From Candidatus Latescibacterota bacterium (GTDB lineage Bacteria > Latescibacterota > UBA2968), in NCBI GenBank assembly GCA_965222605.1, contig OZ244960.1, forward strand, positions 2,816,001 to 2,880,000: a stretch of DNA of 64,000 bases, read 5' to 3'. Numbering within the stretch: position 1 is the first letter of the stretch; each line of letters starts with the position of its first letter. The position numbers and the translations under genes were made by a program. Below are positions 53,345 to 64,000 of the stretch, piece by piece. The notes below the pieces were generated by a model, which was given only the letters and a program-made list of their open reading frames with translations, made no database searches and had not been told where the DNA came from.

Positions 53345-54103
53345 CTATCCTCGCCCTCCCTTTACACTCCACACCGAACCCGTCGTATAAGTATTGCGCT
53401 CGGAACACAAAAACTCAATCACCTCAGCCACCTCCTCCGGATCCGAATACCGCCCCATCGCCTGACCCGGGGGACTGGCAATAAACTCGGGCGAAAACCT
53501 CGGCACCACCATCTCTGTCAACGCCCGCCCCGGTTCTACCCCATTGACAAACACCCCATCTTTGCAATACGCATTGCCCAACGCGCCGATAAACGAATAC
53601 ACAGCCCCCTTCGACACCGAATACGGCACCTGATTCGGGCTGCCATTGCGCGCACCCGAAGTAATCGTCACACAGCGCCCCCAACCGCCTGCGAGCATGT
53701 GGGGAATTGCAGCCTGATGAAAATGATAAACCCCGTACACATTGATTCGCATCACCTTATCAAACTGTGCCACGAGTTGCTCAAAAAACGACTTCTCCCA
53801 TCCCAAAATACCGGCACAACACACCAGAATATCCAGCCTTCCAAAATGCTCAACCGTCTGTGCCACGCACGCCTGAACAGCGGACTCATCCGTCACATCT
53901 GTCTCCACAAACATCGCCTGCTGTCCCAATGCCTCGATCTTCGCAACCGTTTCCGCACCCTCTTCTGTCAGAACATCGGCAACAACAATATCCCGCCCCT
54001 CCTTCGCAATCCGAACCGCCGTTGCCCCACCAATACCCCGCGCCCCGCCCGTAATAAGTGCAACTCGCCGCTCCTTTTCTGCTGCAAAACGCAAATTCGA
54101 CAT
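53345..54103 (-). CDS. Short-chain dehydrogenase/reductase
   Basis: TGGARGIG, GRLDILV, YSVSK, VNGVEPG. Confidence 0.9.
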   Translation of the reverse strand: MSNLRFAAEKERRVALITGGARGIGGATAVRIAKEGRDIVVADVLTEEGAETVAKIEALGQQAMFVETDVTDESAVQACVAQTVEHFGRLDILVCCAGILGWEKSFFEQLVAQFDKVMRINVYGVYHFHQAAIPHMLAGGWGRCVTITSGARNGSPNQVPYSVSKGAVYSFIGALGNAYCKDGVFVNGVEPGRALTEMVVPRFSPEFIASPPGQAMGRYSDPEEVAEVIEFLCSERNTYTTGSVWSVKGGRG

Positions 54104-54198
54104 CTCACCCTCCTCATATTCTATTGCTCATTGTCGTTTCATCATTTAATATAACGCAGGTTGTGACCAATTTCATACCTGAATACAAGGAGAGGATC

Positions 54199-55326
54199 AT
54201 GAAAATCGACCAGGTCGAACACTTCCTGCTCGGCAACAGCTATGTCGTCCGCCTCACCACCGACACCGGCATCTCCGGCATTGGAACCTCCGCCTGCTGG
54301 GGCTATCCCGAAGCCATCCAATCCATCGCGAAAGTCTTCAAAGAATACCTCATCGGACAAAATCCCATGCGCATTGAACACCACTGGCAACACCTCTACC
54401 GCATGGCACCCTTTCGCGGCACCGCGCTTTGCGGCGCAGTCAGCGCAATGGACATCGCCCTATACGACATCAAAGGCAAACACTTTCAAGTCCCCGTCTG
54501 GGAACTGCTCGGCGGCAACTGCCGCGACAAAATTCGCCTGCACCTGCTCGCGGGCGGCCCCACACCCGAAAAAATGTATGAAAATGCAAAAGCCGCCGTT
54601 GCCGAAGGCTTTACCGCGATCAAATTTGATCCCATCACAGCCGGATACCAGAACCGAGCGCAATCGCGCATCATTCAAACCGCCGTCGAAATCGTCGCCG
54701 CTGCCCGCGAAGGCGCCGGACCCGATGTAGATCTCATCGTTGAAGTCCACCGCAAACTCACCCCAATGGTCGCCGTAGCCCTGGGCGAAGCCCTCGTGCC
54801 CTATCACCTCTACTTCATGGAAGACCCCATCCAGATAGACACCATCACCACCCAGGCTGAAATCGCCAAACGCATTCCCGTTCCCCTGGCCAATGGCGAG
54901 CGCTTTACCACAATATGGGAATTTCGCGAACTCCTCGAACACGGCGGTCCCCAATACGTGCGCCCAGACATAGCGCTGGCAGGTGGCCTGACCCACTGCA
55001 AAAAAATCGCCGCCATTGCAGAATCCTATCACTGCGCGGTCGTCACCCACAACTTTCTCAGCCCCCTTGGCACAGCCGCATCCCTTCACCTCGACGTTAG
55101 CATCCCCAACTTCATCACACAGGAATACTCCAAAAACGACGAAAGCGAACACAACGCCGTGTACAAATGCGCTCACAAACGCGAAGGCGGTTATATCCCC
55201 CTCCCCGGAGCCTCCGGCCTTGGCGTTGAACTCGACGACGCCAAAATACCCGACACGCCCTTTGCCCCTTTGACCAAAGTCAATACACCGAGACGAGAGG
55301 ACGGATCAATCGCGTATGCGGTGTGA
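54199..55326 (+). CDS. Mandelate racemase/enolase superfamily, galactonate dehydratase-like
   Basis: ATG 54199 after GGAGAGG; SAMDIALYDIKGK, KFDP, VEVHR, FMEDP, NGER. Confidence 0.88.
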   Translation: MKIDQVEHFLLGNSYVVRLTTDTGISGIGTSACWGYPEAIQSIAKVFKEYLIGQNPMRIEHHWQHLYRMAPFRGTALCGAVSAMDIALYDIKGKHFQVPVWELLGGNCRDKIRLHLLAGGPTPEKMYENAKAAVAEGFTAIKFDPITAGYQNRAQSRIIQTAVEIVAAAREGAGPDVDLIVEVHRKLTPMVAVALGEALVPYHLYFMEDPIQIDTITTQAEIAKRIPVPLANGERFTTIWEFRELLEHGGPQYVRPDIALAGGLTHCKKIAAIAESYHCAVVTHNFLSPLGTAASLHLDVSIPNFITQEYSKNDESEHNAVYKCAHKREGGYIPLPGASGLGVELDDAKIPDTPFAPLTKVNTPRREDGSIAYAV

Positions 55327-56494
55327 AACAGATTACAAAACCGCCATACTCAATGCGGTATCAAACCCCGAGACCTTTCTCAGGCTTACCCTGAGCCATC
55401 CGCGTCGTGGCACAATCTGGACCAAAATCGCCGTCCGCGTGGTCCAGATCAAAAACGCGCCTCACCTCCAGATCGCGCGATATAGCCGCACACAAGACAT
55501 CACCGAAAACATCCCGCTAACCGACGCGGACACCGCACTCGATGAACTACTCGCCTTGCCCTTCACACAAATCCACGTACAAACCAGCCGCGAAGACCTG
55601 CACATTCGCATCACCAAAAAAGGCCGCGCATTATTCAACCGCGCAAAACCCTCGCGTCCAGATGCCCAACCCGCCCTATCGCACAACCGCGTCAAGCATC
55701 ATCCCCTATCCGACAACCGTCCAGATGCCTTTCTCCAGGGCCTCGGCATTATGGATCACAACGGGCGCGTACGCGCATCCATGCGCGACAAATTCAAACA
55801 GATCAACGCCTTTCTCGGCCACTTACAACCCGTCATACCAGAAACAAATCGCCCCCTCACCCTCATAGACTGCGGCTGCGGCAGCGCGTATCTCACATTT
55901 GCAGCGTATCACTACTTGAACAACATCCGGAACATCCCCGCGCAACTCATTGGCATTGACCACAACCCATCCCTCATCGCCAAATGTCGCACCCTCGCCA
56001 GTGATCTCGGCTGGACAGACCTCGCCTTTCACGAATCCAGCATCGCCAGCTACACACCCCAAACACCGCCCGACATCGTCTTTAGCCTTCACGCCTGCGA
56101 CACAGCCACCGACGAAGCCATTGCCCGCGCCGTGCAGTGGAACAGCCCCGTCATCCTCGCAGCGCCCTGCTGCCAGCATGAACTGCGCGCACAACTCGAC
56201 GCTTATGTCTTCGCACCCGTAACAGCACACGGCATCCTCAAAGGACGCACCGCCGACATCCTCACCGACGCCTGCCGCGCACAACTCCTGAGAATATTGG
56301 GCTATCGCACCGAAGTCATAGAATTTATCGACTCCAAACACACGCCCAAAAACCTCCTCATCCGCGCAAAAAAAACCGCCCGAACAAATGATCCAACCCT
56401 CATTCGGGAGTATCGCACCCTGCGCGACTTCTGGCACATCACCCCCAGCCTCGAGCGACTGCTCGCCCGCGATCTCGCGCCTCTTTTATCCTGA
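55316..56494 (+). CDS. SAM-dependent methyltransferase (Methyltransf_32-like)
   Basis: KFKQIN, DCGCGSAYLTF, SLHACDTATD, APCCQH, HTPKN. Confidence 0.85.
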   Translation: MRCETDYKTAILNAVSNPETFLRLTLSHPRRGTIWTKIAVRVVQIKNAPHLQIARYSRTQDITENIPLTDADTALDELLALPFTQIHVQTSREDLHIRITKKGRALFNRAKPSRPDAQPALSHNRVKHHPLSDNRPDAFLQGLGIMDHNGRVRASMRDKFKQINAFLGHLQPVIPETNRPLTLIDCGCGSAYLTFAAYHYLNNIRNIPAQLIGIDHNPSLIAKCRTLASDLGWTDLAFHESSIASYTPQTPPDIVFSLHACDTATDEAIARAVQWNSPVILAAPCCQHELRAQLDAYVFAPVTAHGILKGRTADILTDACRAQLLRILGYRTEVIEFIDSKHTPKNLLIRAKKTARTNDPTLIREYRTLRDFWHITPSLERLLARDLAPLLS

Positions 56495-56533
56495 CAGACC
56501 CGTATCTCTGCCACATCACCCTGGAGAAACTGC

Positions 56534-57931
56534 ATGAGACACCTTATCCTAATCTGTATCTTGAGCGTATTGCATCACCCGGTATTTGCGCAGGATGGAA
56601 AAGCCCTGTACGCGACATATTGCGCGCAGTGTCACGGTCCCGACCTGAGAGGGGGCAATGCACCGAGCATGGTCGATGGCATCTGGAAATACGGAGACGG
56701 GCGCGGCTATCGCATCCGAAACATCAAAAACGGACTCACGGATTTGGGCATGCCGGGCTATGGAAAACAGCTCACAGACAGGCAGATTGCGATGATCGTA
56801 GAATTCATCGAACAGCAAGAAAAAGAAGTGGGCCAACCCAAACCCCCACCGCCCGACTTTATACAAACACTGGACTACGATATCAATGTCGATATCTGGA
56901 TCCAGGACCTGAAAATCCCCTGGGCAATCGACTTTATCGATCCACAAACAGCATTGATTACCGAGCGGCCAGGCTCGCTGCGAATGGTTAAAAACGGACA
57001 ACTCCTCCCCGACCCCGTTGCGGGAACACCCCAGGTCCTCCATGGCGGGCAAGGCGGATTGATGGACGTGGCAATAGATCCGAATTACGACGAAAATAGA
57101 TGGATTTACCTCGCCTATAGCCATGAAATCGCCCGCCTTGAAGGACGGCGCCGATCCCCAGCCATGACGCGCCTCGTGCGCGGTCACATCAGGGATAACA
57201 CCTGGGTCAACCAGGAAGTCATCTACGAAGCCCCACATGAAACCTATAGCACCACCCGGCATCACTACGGCTGTCGCATCGTATTCGACGCAGACGGATA
57301 CCTCTATTTTGCAATCGGAGACCGGGGCGCGCAAAACCAGGCACAGGATTTGACCCGGCCAAACGGCAAGGTTCACCGCATCCACACAGACGGACGCATA
57401 CCCAAAGACAATCCTTTTGTGGGACGAGATGGCGCACTCAAAACCATCTATTCCTATGGCCATCGCAATCCCCAGGGTCTGACAGTCAATCCAATCACAG
57501 GAAAAATATGGGACGGCGAACACGGTCCAATGGGAGGTGACGAACTAAATGTCGTTGCCAAAGGAAAAAATTACGGATGGCCCGAAATTACTTATGGCCT
57601 CAACTACAACGGCACAATCGTATCTGAACGCGTACACCAACAGGGAATGGAACAGCCAACCCTTTATTGGCGACCATCAATCGCCATCTGCGGCATCAAT
57701 TTTTATCGGGGTAACATGTTCCCCAAATGGCAAAATAAATTGCTCGTGGCATCTTTGAAATACGAAGATGTACGGGTCCTCTCCGTTCACGGAGATCGTG
57801 TGATACACGAAGAAGTCATACTGAAAAACGCGGGACGGGTGCGCGAGGCTATATCCGGACCAGATGGCGCAGTGTACGTGGTCCTCAACCAGCCCGATGC
57901 GATTTTGCGCTTAACGCTGAGTGAAGAGTAA
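56534..57931 (+). CDS. PQQ-dependent sugar dehydrogenase (sGDH/YliI type) with N-terminal cytochrome c
   Basis: Signal peptide, CAQCH, GQGGLMD, GHRNPQG, EHGPMGGDE, NYGWP. Confidence 0.9.
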   Translation: MRHLILICILSVLHHPVFAQDGKALYATYCAQCHGPDLRGGNAPSMVDGIWKYGDGRGYRIRNIKNGLTDLGMPGYGKQLTDRQIAMIVEFIEQQEKEVGQPKPPPPDFIQTLDYDINVDIWIQDLKIPWAIDFIDPQTALITERPGSLRMVKNGQLLPDPVAGTPQVLHGGQGGLMDVAIDPNYDENRWIYLAYSHEIARLEGRRRSPAMTRLVRGHIRDNTWVNQEVIYEAPHETYSTTRHHYGCRIVFDADGYLYFAIGDRGAQNQAQDLTRPNGKVHRIHTDGRIPKDNPFVGRDGALKTIYSYGHRNPQGLTVNPITGKIWDGEHGPMGGDELNVVAKGKNYGWPEITYGLNYNGTIVSERVHQQGMEQPTLYWRPSIAICGINFYRGNMFPKWQNKLLVASLKYEDVRVLSVHGDRVIHEEVILKNAGRVREAISGPDGAVYVVLNQPDAILRLTLSEE

Positions 57932-57945
57932 CGGAACCACATCTC

Positions 57946-59931
57946 ATGGCACTCGCGCAACCCGTAAACAACACCGAAGCCCTGCCCAATCGCGACCGCG
58001 TAACCATGCGTTGTGTCTTGCTGGGTCTGGGACTGGTCATAACTGTAAATACATGGCCGATCTACGGACTCTATGTAATTCACATCAACCAGATGGTATT
58101 CAGCTACATGGCGATGGCACTCATGATCCCATTTGTACTGCTATCGCTGGGATTGAACGTATTATTGCGAAAATACTGGCCCCGTGCCGCGTTTTCCCCT
58201 CTCGAAATGGCCATCGTATTTTCCATGGGGCTGGTGGGCGCATTATTTCCCCTCATGAATTTTACCGGCCTGATCATGGGGCACCTGGCAACCCCCTATT
58301 ATTTTGCCTCCGCGCAAAACCGCTGGTCCGAATTTCTCCATCCCCATTTGCCGCGCTGGTTATTCCCCACAGATGAAAATGGGGCGATGCGCCTCTTTTT
58401 TGAAGGCTTACCGCCCGGCCATGCAATACCGTGGGAAGTGTGGGTAGTACCCCTATTCTGGTGGTTTGCATTTGCCGGTGCAATTACCTGGACATGCTTG
58501 TGCATCGCAGTGATTTTGCGACGACAGTGGTCCGAACACGAAAAGCTGCCATTTCCCGCGGCTCAGGTCGCGTTGGAACTCGTAAGGGAAGAAAACAAAA
58601 AAATATGGCCTCCTCTCGTAGGCCGCCCAGCATTCTGGATCGGCATGGCAATTCCACTAACTGTAATATGCTGGAATATCCTATCGTACTTCATGCCCGA
58701 TTTCCCAAAAATTCCAATCACGCGAGCGGGCGACGGCGTCACATTTTTGCATATCAGCCGATATATTCCAGATCGGTATTTTTATATCGGAATACAATTT
58801 TTTATCGCGGGATTTGCATACTGGACCAGCCTGGACGTATTATTTTCAATCTGGTTTTTTTATCTACTCGTCGTAGCCGAAGTCTATACCTTTAACCGAA
58901 TCGGATACACCATTGGAACGCCGGGATTGTGGTCCTCAACACACGCAGCCAATGCGTGGCAGGCATTTGGCGCACTCGCATGTATGCTGTGCCTGGGATT
59001 GTGGATGGGACGCGAACATCTCAAAGGCGTTTGGCATGCCATCAGGGGGCGAAAGAAATTAGACGACTCCGAAGAACTCATGTCCTACCGCACAGCGGGC
59101 ATAGGGGGCCTGGCCGGGCTGTTATTCATCATCGGATGGCTGCACACCTCGGGCATGGCATGGTATGTGATCGTACCCTTCTTGATCGGCATGGGAATAT
59201 TGTACATAGGCATAGCCCGGGTCATTGCCGAAAGCGGATTGGTCTATTTGCGCGGCTCCATGATGCCCCCCACCTTCGCGCTCTACACCCTCGGCTCGGC
59301 AAATACCCCGGCGGCGAGCATGGCAAATTTTGCATTTTCTTTTGCGTATTTTACAGACGCCAAAAGTCTCGCCATGGCCAGTATGGCGCATTGCTCGTGG
59401 ATTACAGCAGCCATAAAAGGACGCAAACGCATGGTGGCGACTGCTCTGGTATTGGCGGGCATTGCAGCGGCCATTTCATCGGTGGCATTTACACTGTATC
59501 TGGGCTATGAGACAGGCGCGTATAATTTCAGAGCATTTGAGTTTCGCACACATCCGCGGATCTTTGACTACTGGATCCGACAGATGCAAACCTTCAACCC
59601 ACCAGACTGGAAGCGAATTGGATTTTTCGGTTTTGGCGCAGCCGGAATGGCACTATTGACATTGTTGCGGTATCGCGTATCCTGGTGGCCCTTGCATCCC
59701 GTTGGATTTGCCATCATGGAAACACAAGCTGTGCGGGGAACGATCTTTACAATATTTCTCGTATGGTTGTGCAAATTGCTCATCTTGCAAATCGGCGGCA
59801 TCGCGCTATACCGCAAAGGCCAGCCATTATTTCTCGGTATCCTCGTTGGGTTCATCCTCGGCGTGGCAATCTCGGCAACAGTAGATACCATCTGGTTTCC
59901 CGGCAGCGGGCATTCGGTTCACCATTGGTAA
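57946..59931 (+). CDS. DUF6785/DUF6784-like polytopic membrane protein
   Basis: YFASAQNRW, RQWSEHEKLPFP, WWPLHPVG, GHSVHHW. Confidence 0.72.
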   Translation: MALAQPVNNTEALPNRDRVTMRCVLLGLGLVITVNTWPIYGLYVIHINQMVFSYMAMALMIPFVLLSLGLNVLLRKYWPRAAFSPLEMAIVFSMGLVGALFPLMNFTGLIMGHLATPYYFASAQNRWSEFLHPHLPRWLFPTDENGAMRLFFEGLPPGHAIPWEVWVVPLFWWFAFAGAITWTCLCIAVILRRQWSEHEKLPFPAAQVALELVREENKKIWPPLVGRPAFWIGMAIPLTVICWNILSYFMPDFPKIPITRAGDGVTFLHISRYIPDRYFYIGIQFFIAGFAYWTSLDVLFSIWFFYLLVVAEVYTFNRIGYTIGTPGLWSSTHAANAWQAFGALACMLCLGLWMGREHLKGVWHAIRGRKKLDDSEELMSYRTAGIGGLAGLLFIIGWLHTSGMAWYVIVPFLIGMGILYIGIARVIAESGLVYLRGSMMPPTFALYTLGSANTPAASMANFAFSFAYFTDAKSLAMASMAHCSWITAAIKGRKRMVATALVLAGIAAAISSVAFTLYLGYETGAYNFRAFEFRTHPRIFDYWIRQMQTFNPPDWKRIGFFGFGAAGMALLTLLRYRVSWWPLHPVGFAIMETQAVRGTIFTIFLVWLCKLLILQIGGIALYRKGQPLFLGILVGFILGVAISATVDTIWFPGSGHSVHHW

Positions 59932-59941
59932 AGGCTCCAAA

Positions 59942-60196
59942 ATGAAAGAACACAATACGGACAAATCCTCATCACTCGGTCAAGCCTATCGCAGTGTCGG
60001 ACCCTATTTAACCCTGGGCATTCAACTGATCGCGACAATATTGCTATGTATATTTGCCGGGCATTGGGCAGATGGCAAATTTGATACCTCGCCCCTATTG
60101 ACCTTAATCGGTGGTCTGATAGGCATTGCTGCGGGATTTTACCACTTCTTTAAAGCCGTCTTAAAAATGGACCGCAAATCGGAGGAAGATGCGTGA
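59942..60196 (+). CDS. AtpZ/AtpI family protein (ATP synthase gene 1)
   Basis: Two TM helices, GHWADGKFDTSP; first gene of atp operon. Confidence 0.85.
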   Translation: MKEHNTDKSSSLGQAYRSVGPYLTLGIQLIATILLCIFAGHWADGKFDTSPLLTLIGGLIGIAAGFYHFFKAVLKMDRKSEEDA

Positions 60197-60582
60197 GGAA
60201 TTTTGTCAAACAAATTGCCGTGGTCTTGTTGGTCGCGTGGATCCTCGGAGGATACCCAATCTACCTGTGGAAAGGAACAGATGTGCTCATTGCCGCAGGG
60301 GTTGGCTGTGCGATTTGCACCCTGAATGCACTCGCTGGCGCATGGCTCGCATTGTGGGGCATGCGCCGGGACAACCGCACATTTATGACAGTCGTATTCG
60401 GCGGCATGGGGATTCGCCTTATTATTGTACTGGTTTTCTTTTTTGTCGCTCTAAAATTAGTCAAACTTCACGTTTTTAGCTTGACTCTTTCACTATTTTT
60501 ATTTTATGTAGTGTTTCAGATTTTAGAAATTCGGTTCTTCGTCGGGTGCCCGTCCGACAAAGCCAATAATTCAGGAGTCTGA
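60193..60582 (+). CDS. atpI: ATP synthase subunit I-like membrane protein
   Basis: Four TM helices, GGMGIRL; directly before atpB. Confidence 0.7.
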   Translation: MRNFVKQIAVVLLVAWILGGYPIYLWKGTDVLIAAGVGCAICTLNALAGAWLALWGMRRDNRTFMTVVFGGMGIRLIIVLVFFFVALKLVKLHVFSLTLSLFLFYVVFQILEIRFFVGCPSDKANNSGV

Positions 60583-60585
60583 CGG

Positions 60586-61383
60586 ATGGCAGCACAGGCA
60601 GAGGAGCAAAGTGGCGGCAGTTTCATCCTCGAGCATATCACAGACCATCACGAGCTTCACCTCGGTCCACTCCATATTCCCCTTCCCCATTTTGATCTTT
60701 TTGGCATCGATATGTCAATTACCGGCCACCTGGTCATGATGTGGGTCGCCTCCCTATTACTCATTCTCACCCTGATCACTTCCACAAAACGACGCGGACT
60801 CATTCCTTCGGGCTTTGCCAATGCGATTGAGGCCATCGCCATATTTATCCGCGACGACGTCGCCCGGCCCAATCTGGGAGAGCGGGACGCCCCGAAATAC
60901 ATGCCGTTTCTAATGACGGTCTTTTTTTTCATCCTGTTCTGCAATCTCCTGGGCTTAATTCCCTTTGGACAAACCGCAACGGGCAATATCAATGTGACAG
61001 CTACACTGGCGGGTATTTCATTTGCGATGATGCTCGGCGCGGGAATCAAACACAATGGCTTATTCGGTTTTTTCAAGGGCCTGATCCCCCCCAATCTGCC
61101 AGTTGCATTGCTGCCCCTCATGATCCCGCTGGAATTTTTGGGCCTCTTGACCAAACCATTTGCACTGTGCATTCGTCTCTTTGCCAATATGCTGGCCGGT
61201 CATGTCGTAATATTGTCTTTGATCGGCATCATTTTTATTCTCGGATATCTTGTCGCCCCCATTGCCATTGCTTTTGCATTGGCAATGTACATGTTGGAAA
61301 TTTTCATCGCTTTTCTTCAAGCTTATGTATTCACGCTCCTGACCGCCCTATTTGTGGGCCTGTGTATGCATCAGGAGCATTGA
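60586..61383 (+). CDS. atpB: F0F1 ATP synthase subunit a
   Basis: NLLGLIP, KPFALCIRLFANMLAGH, FLQAYVFTLL. Confidence 0.96.
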   Translation: MAAQAEEQSGGSFILEHITDHHELHLGPLHIPLPHFDLFGIDMSITGHLVMMWVASLLLILTLITSTKRRGLIPSGFANAIEAIAIFIRDDVARPNLGERDAPKYMPFLMTVFFFILFCNLLGLIPFGQTATGNINVTATLAGISFAMMLGAGIKHNGLFGFFKGLIPPNLPVALLPLMIPLEFLGLLTKPFALCIRLFANMLAGHVVILSLIGIIFILGYLVAPIAIAFALAMYMLEIFIAFLQAYVFTLLTALFVGLCMHQEH

Positions 61384-61647
<264 letters not shown>

Positions 61648-61685
61648 ACCGCGCGAACAGAACGCGGTGAAAGAGAGACATAACA

Positions 61686-62186
61686 ATGGATTTGTTGAGT
61701 CCAAACCCGGGCTTGATCATCTGGACGCTCATCACATTTGTGTTCGTTTTGCTCGTTTTGAAGAAATTTGTTTGGGGGCCGTTGTTATCGGCACTCGACC
61801 AGCGAGAAACGCGCATCCGCGAAGCACTCGAGCAAGCTGATAAAGCGCGTGCCGAAGCCGAACGGTCCGCCGAAGAGAACAAACAGGCACTCGCACAGGC
61901 GCAGGCAGAAGCTCAGGCTGCGATTAACAAAGCGCGCGAAGACGCCGAACAGGTCGCTCGGGACGTGCAAGAACGCGCCGAAGCCGACGCCCAACAGCTT
62001 CTCGAACAGGCGCGTCGCACCATTCAACAAGAGCGCAATCAGGCTCTCCAGACATTGCGTCAGCAAACAGCCGAACTGGCGATTCTCGCTGCGGGACAAT
62101 TGCTGGAGGAAAATTTGGACGACGAGCACAACAAAAAAATCGTAGATGATTTCATCAACCGCATGCCAGATACACAGCAAAATTGA
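61686..62186 (+). CDS. atpF: F0F1 ATP synthase subunit b
   Basis: [17 protein letters not shown]...RE, long coiled coil. Confidence 0.95.
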   Translation: MDLLSPNPGLIIWTLITFVFVLLVLKKFVWGPLLSALDQRETRIREALEQADKARAEAERSAEENKQALAQAQAEAQAAINKAREDAEQVARDVQERAEADAQQLLEQARRTIQQERNQALQTLRQQTAELAILAAGQLLEENLDDEHNKKIVDDFINRMPDTQQN

Positions 62187-62218
62187 GTAGTCAGTAGTCA
62201 GCCCACCCAACTACCCCG

Positions 62219-62306
62219 TGGATCGCGGCTAAAACCCTGCCGCGATGACGTACGCATAGCTCATTAATGACAATTGTCACGCCTGCATGCTTTAAGCAGG
62301 CGTCCA
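62219..62306. repeat. Pair of REP-like palindromes inside the atp operon
   Basis: TGGAT-CGCGGC...GCCGCG-ATGAC (62219-62249) and GTCA-CGCCTGC...GCAGGCG-TCCA (62276-62306). Confidence 0.65.
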
Positions 62307-62341
62307 GAAGGGCGGGTTGAAAGCTGATAAAGGAATTTTTT

Positions 62342-62881
62342 GTGAGCCAGTCAGCCGTTTCCATCCGATATACCAGCGCATTGATCGATGCCGCGCAAGA
62401 CAGCGGGGTATTGGATCGGGTTGAAGCCGATGTGCAGGCATTATTGGACTTGTTGCACGCCTCGGAAGACCTGCGGAGATTTGTCGCAGATCCGATGATG
62501 CGATCTGAACAAAAGCGCGCGGTATTGAACGAGTTGCTCGCCGGAAAAGTCGAGGATGTGACCCTCAGGTTTCTACTGCTGCTTTGCGATAATCGCCGCG
62601 AGCGCGTATTGCCCGAGTTGCTGTCGGATTTCCTATCCGTATTGGAAGACCGGCGCGGTCAGGCCACAGCCCAGCTGACGGTCGCTGCGCCCCTGTCCTC
62701 TGAACAGGAAACGCAATTAATTGCAAAGCTCTCGACCTATTCTGGCAAGCAGGTGCGATTGGAAACGACAATAGACGAACAGTTAAAGGCCGGGTTTGTG
62801 GTGCGGCTCGGTGACCGTGTATTTGATGGCACACTGGCGACGCAACTCAATCGGTTGCGACAACGCCTCGTGTCTGATTAA
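62342..62881 (+). CDS. atpH: F0F1 ATP synthase subunit delta
   Basis: RYTSAL, FLLLLCDNRR, GFVVRLGDRVFDGT. Confidence 0.93.
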   Translation: MSQSAVSIRYTSALIDAAQDSGVLDRVEADVQALLDLLHASEDLRRFVADPMMRSEQKRAVLNELLAGKVEDVTLRFLLLLCDNRRERVLPELLSDFLSVLEDRRGQATAQLTVAAPLSSEQETQLIAKLSTYSGKQVRLETTIDEQLKAGFVVRLGDRVFDGTLATQLNRLRQRLVSD

Positions 62882-62897
62882 GAGAAGGTAGGCAAAC

Positions 62898-64000
62898 ATG
62901 GCGACGAATTTACAGATTCGCCCCGACGAAATTTCGGCACTGCTCAAACAGCATATCCTGGATTCCAGGATTGAAATAGATGTCTATGAAAGCGGCACCG
63001 TACAGCAAGTGGGGGATGGCGTGGCCCGCGTGCAGGGATTGGGCAACGTGCAGACCAGCGAACTGGTCGAATTCCCCAACGGCATTATGGGGATGGCACT
63101 CAACCTCGAAGAAGACAACGTGGGCTGTGTGTTATTTGGCGATGACACATTGATCCGCGAAGGCGACGAGGCCAAACGCACCCAACGCATTGCCGAAGTA
63201 CCCGTGGGCGAAGCCCTCCTGGGCCGCGTGGTAAATCCACTCGGCATGCCAATAGATGGCAAAGGCCCAATTGACGCCGAAGCAACGCTTCCCATTGAAC
63301 GCAAGGCGCCCGGCGTCATTGACCGGCAGCCCGTAACCGAAGCCCTGATGACCGGATTAAAAGTAATCGACTCAACCGTCCCAATCGGGCGGGGACAGCG
63401 AGAATTGATCATCGGAGACCGGCAAACGGGCAAAACAGCCATTGGCGTCGATACCATCATCAACCAGAAAAACAGCGACGTAAAGTGCATCTATGTCGCC
63501 ATTGGGCAAAAGGCTTCGACAGTAGCCAAAGTCGTGGCCGAACTGGAAGCCAATGGCGCTATGGAATACACCATTGTCGTATCGGCTACAGCCAGCGAAC
63601 CCGCTCCGCTTCAATTTCTATCCCCTTATTCGGGCTGCTCAATGGGCGAGTATTTCCGCGACAAGGGCGAACACGCGATGATCATTTACGACGATTTGTC
63701 CAAACAAGCGTGGGCTTATCGCGAGATGTCACTGATATTGCGCCGCCCGCCGGGCCGCGAAGCCTATCCTGGCGACGTATTTTATTTGCACTCGCGTCTG
63801 CTCGAGCGCGCCGCCAAGATGAGTGATGCAGAGGGCGCGGGTTCGCTCACCGCATTGCCCGTAATCGAAATTCTGGAGGGCGATGTATCCACCTTTGTGC
63901 CCACCAATGTGATATCGATTACCGATGGGCAGATCTTGCTCAAACCCGAGTTATTTTACGCGGGTATCCGCCCTGCCATGGATGTGGGTGCGTCGGTATC
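62898..64000 (+). CDS. atpA: F0F1 ATP synthase subunit alpha (partial, runs off window)
   Basis: [55 protein letters not shown]. Confidence 0.97.
   Translation, partial: MATNLQIRPDEISALLKQHILDSRIEIDVYESGTVQQVGDGVARVQGLGNVQTSELVEFPNGIMGMALNLEEDNVGCVLFGDDTLIREGDEAKRTQRIAEVPVGEALLGRVVNPLGMPIDGKGPIDAEATLPIERKAPGVIDRQPVTEALMTGLKVIDSTVPIGRGQRELIIGDRQTGKTAIGVDTIINQKNSDVKCIYVAIGQKASTVAKVVAELEANGAMEYTIVVSATASEPAPLQFLSPYSGCSMGEYFRDKGEHAMIIYDDLSKQAWAYREMSLILRRPPGREAYPGDVFYLHSRLLERAAKMSDAEGAGSLTALPVIEILEGDVSTFVPTNVISITDGQILLKPELFYAGIRPAMDVGASV

Overview
Bacterial chromosomal window, mostly metabolic and housekeeping genes: dlgD/yiaK, three PhyH dioxygenases, two enolase-superfamily dehydratases, acs, bioA-bioD, rnd, msrB, and the start of an atpZ/I-B-E-F-H-A operon. 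The gene repertoire (several PhyH genes, two DUF6785-like membrane paralogs, a giant Calx-beta/cadherin autotransporter, many toxin-antitoxin scraps) suggests an FCB-group (Latescibacterota/Gemmatimonadota-like), possibly sponge-associated organism; this is inference only. Most notable: (1) a tightly coupled four-gene island at 5.2-11.1 kb encoding an N6-adenine-type DNA methyltransferase, a MORC-like GHKL ATPase fused to a histidine kinase, a receiver-domain protein with an unknown C-terminal domain, and an unknown HxH protein, a candidate phosphorelay-controlled restriction/defence system with no recognisable restriction nuclease; (2) a UGSC selenoprotein split by the ORF caller at an in-frame TGA, with a SECIS-like hairpin, a 351-aa partner, msrB and an upstream sigma54 motif; (3) an ECF sigma/anti-sigma locus whose HtrA homolog appears to have lost all three catalytic residues; (4) an internally deleted IS605/tnpB element with precisely definable ends inside a yigZ pseudogene; (5) a ~3,160-aa repeat adhesin with recent tandem duplications. 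All family calls come from motif recognition by eye; no database searches were run.
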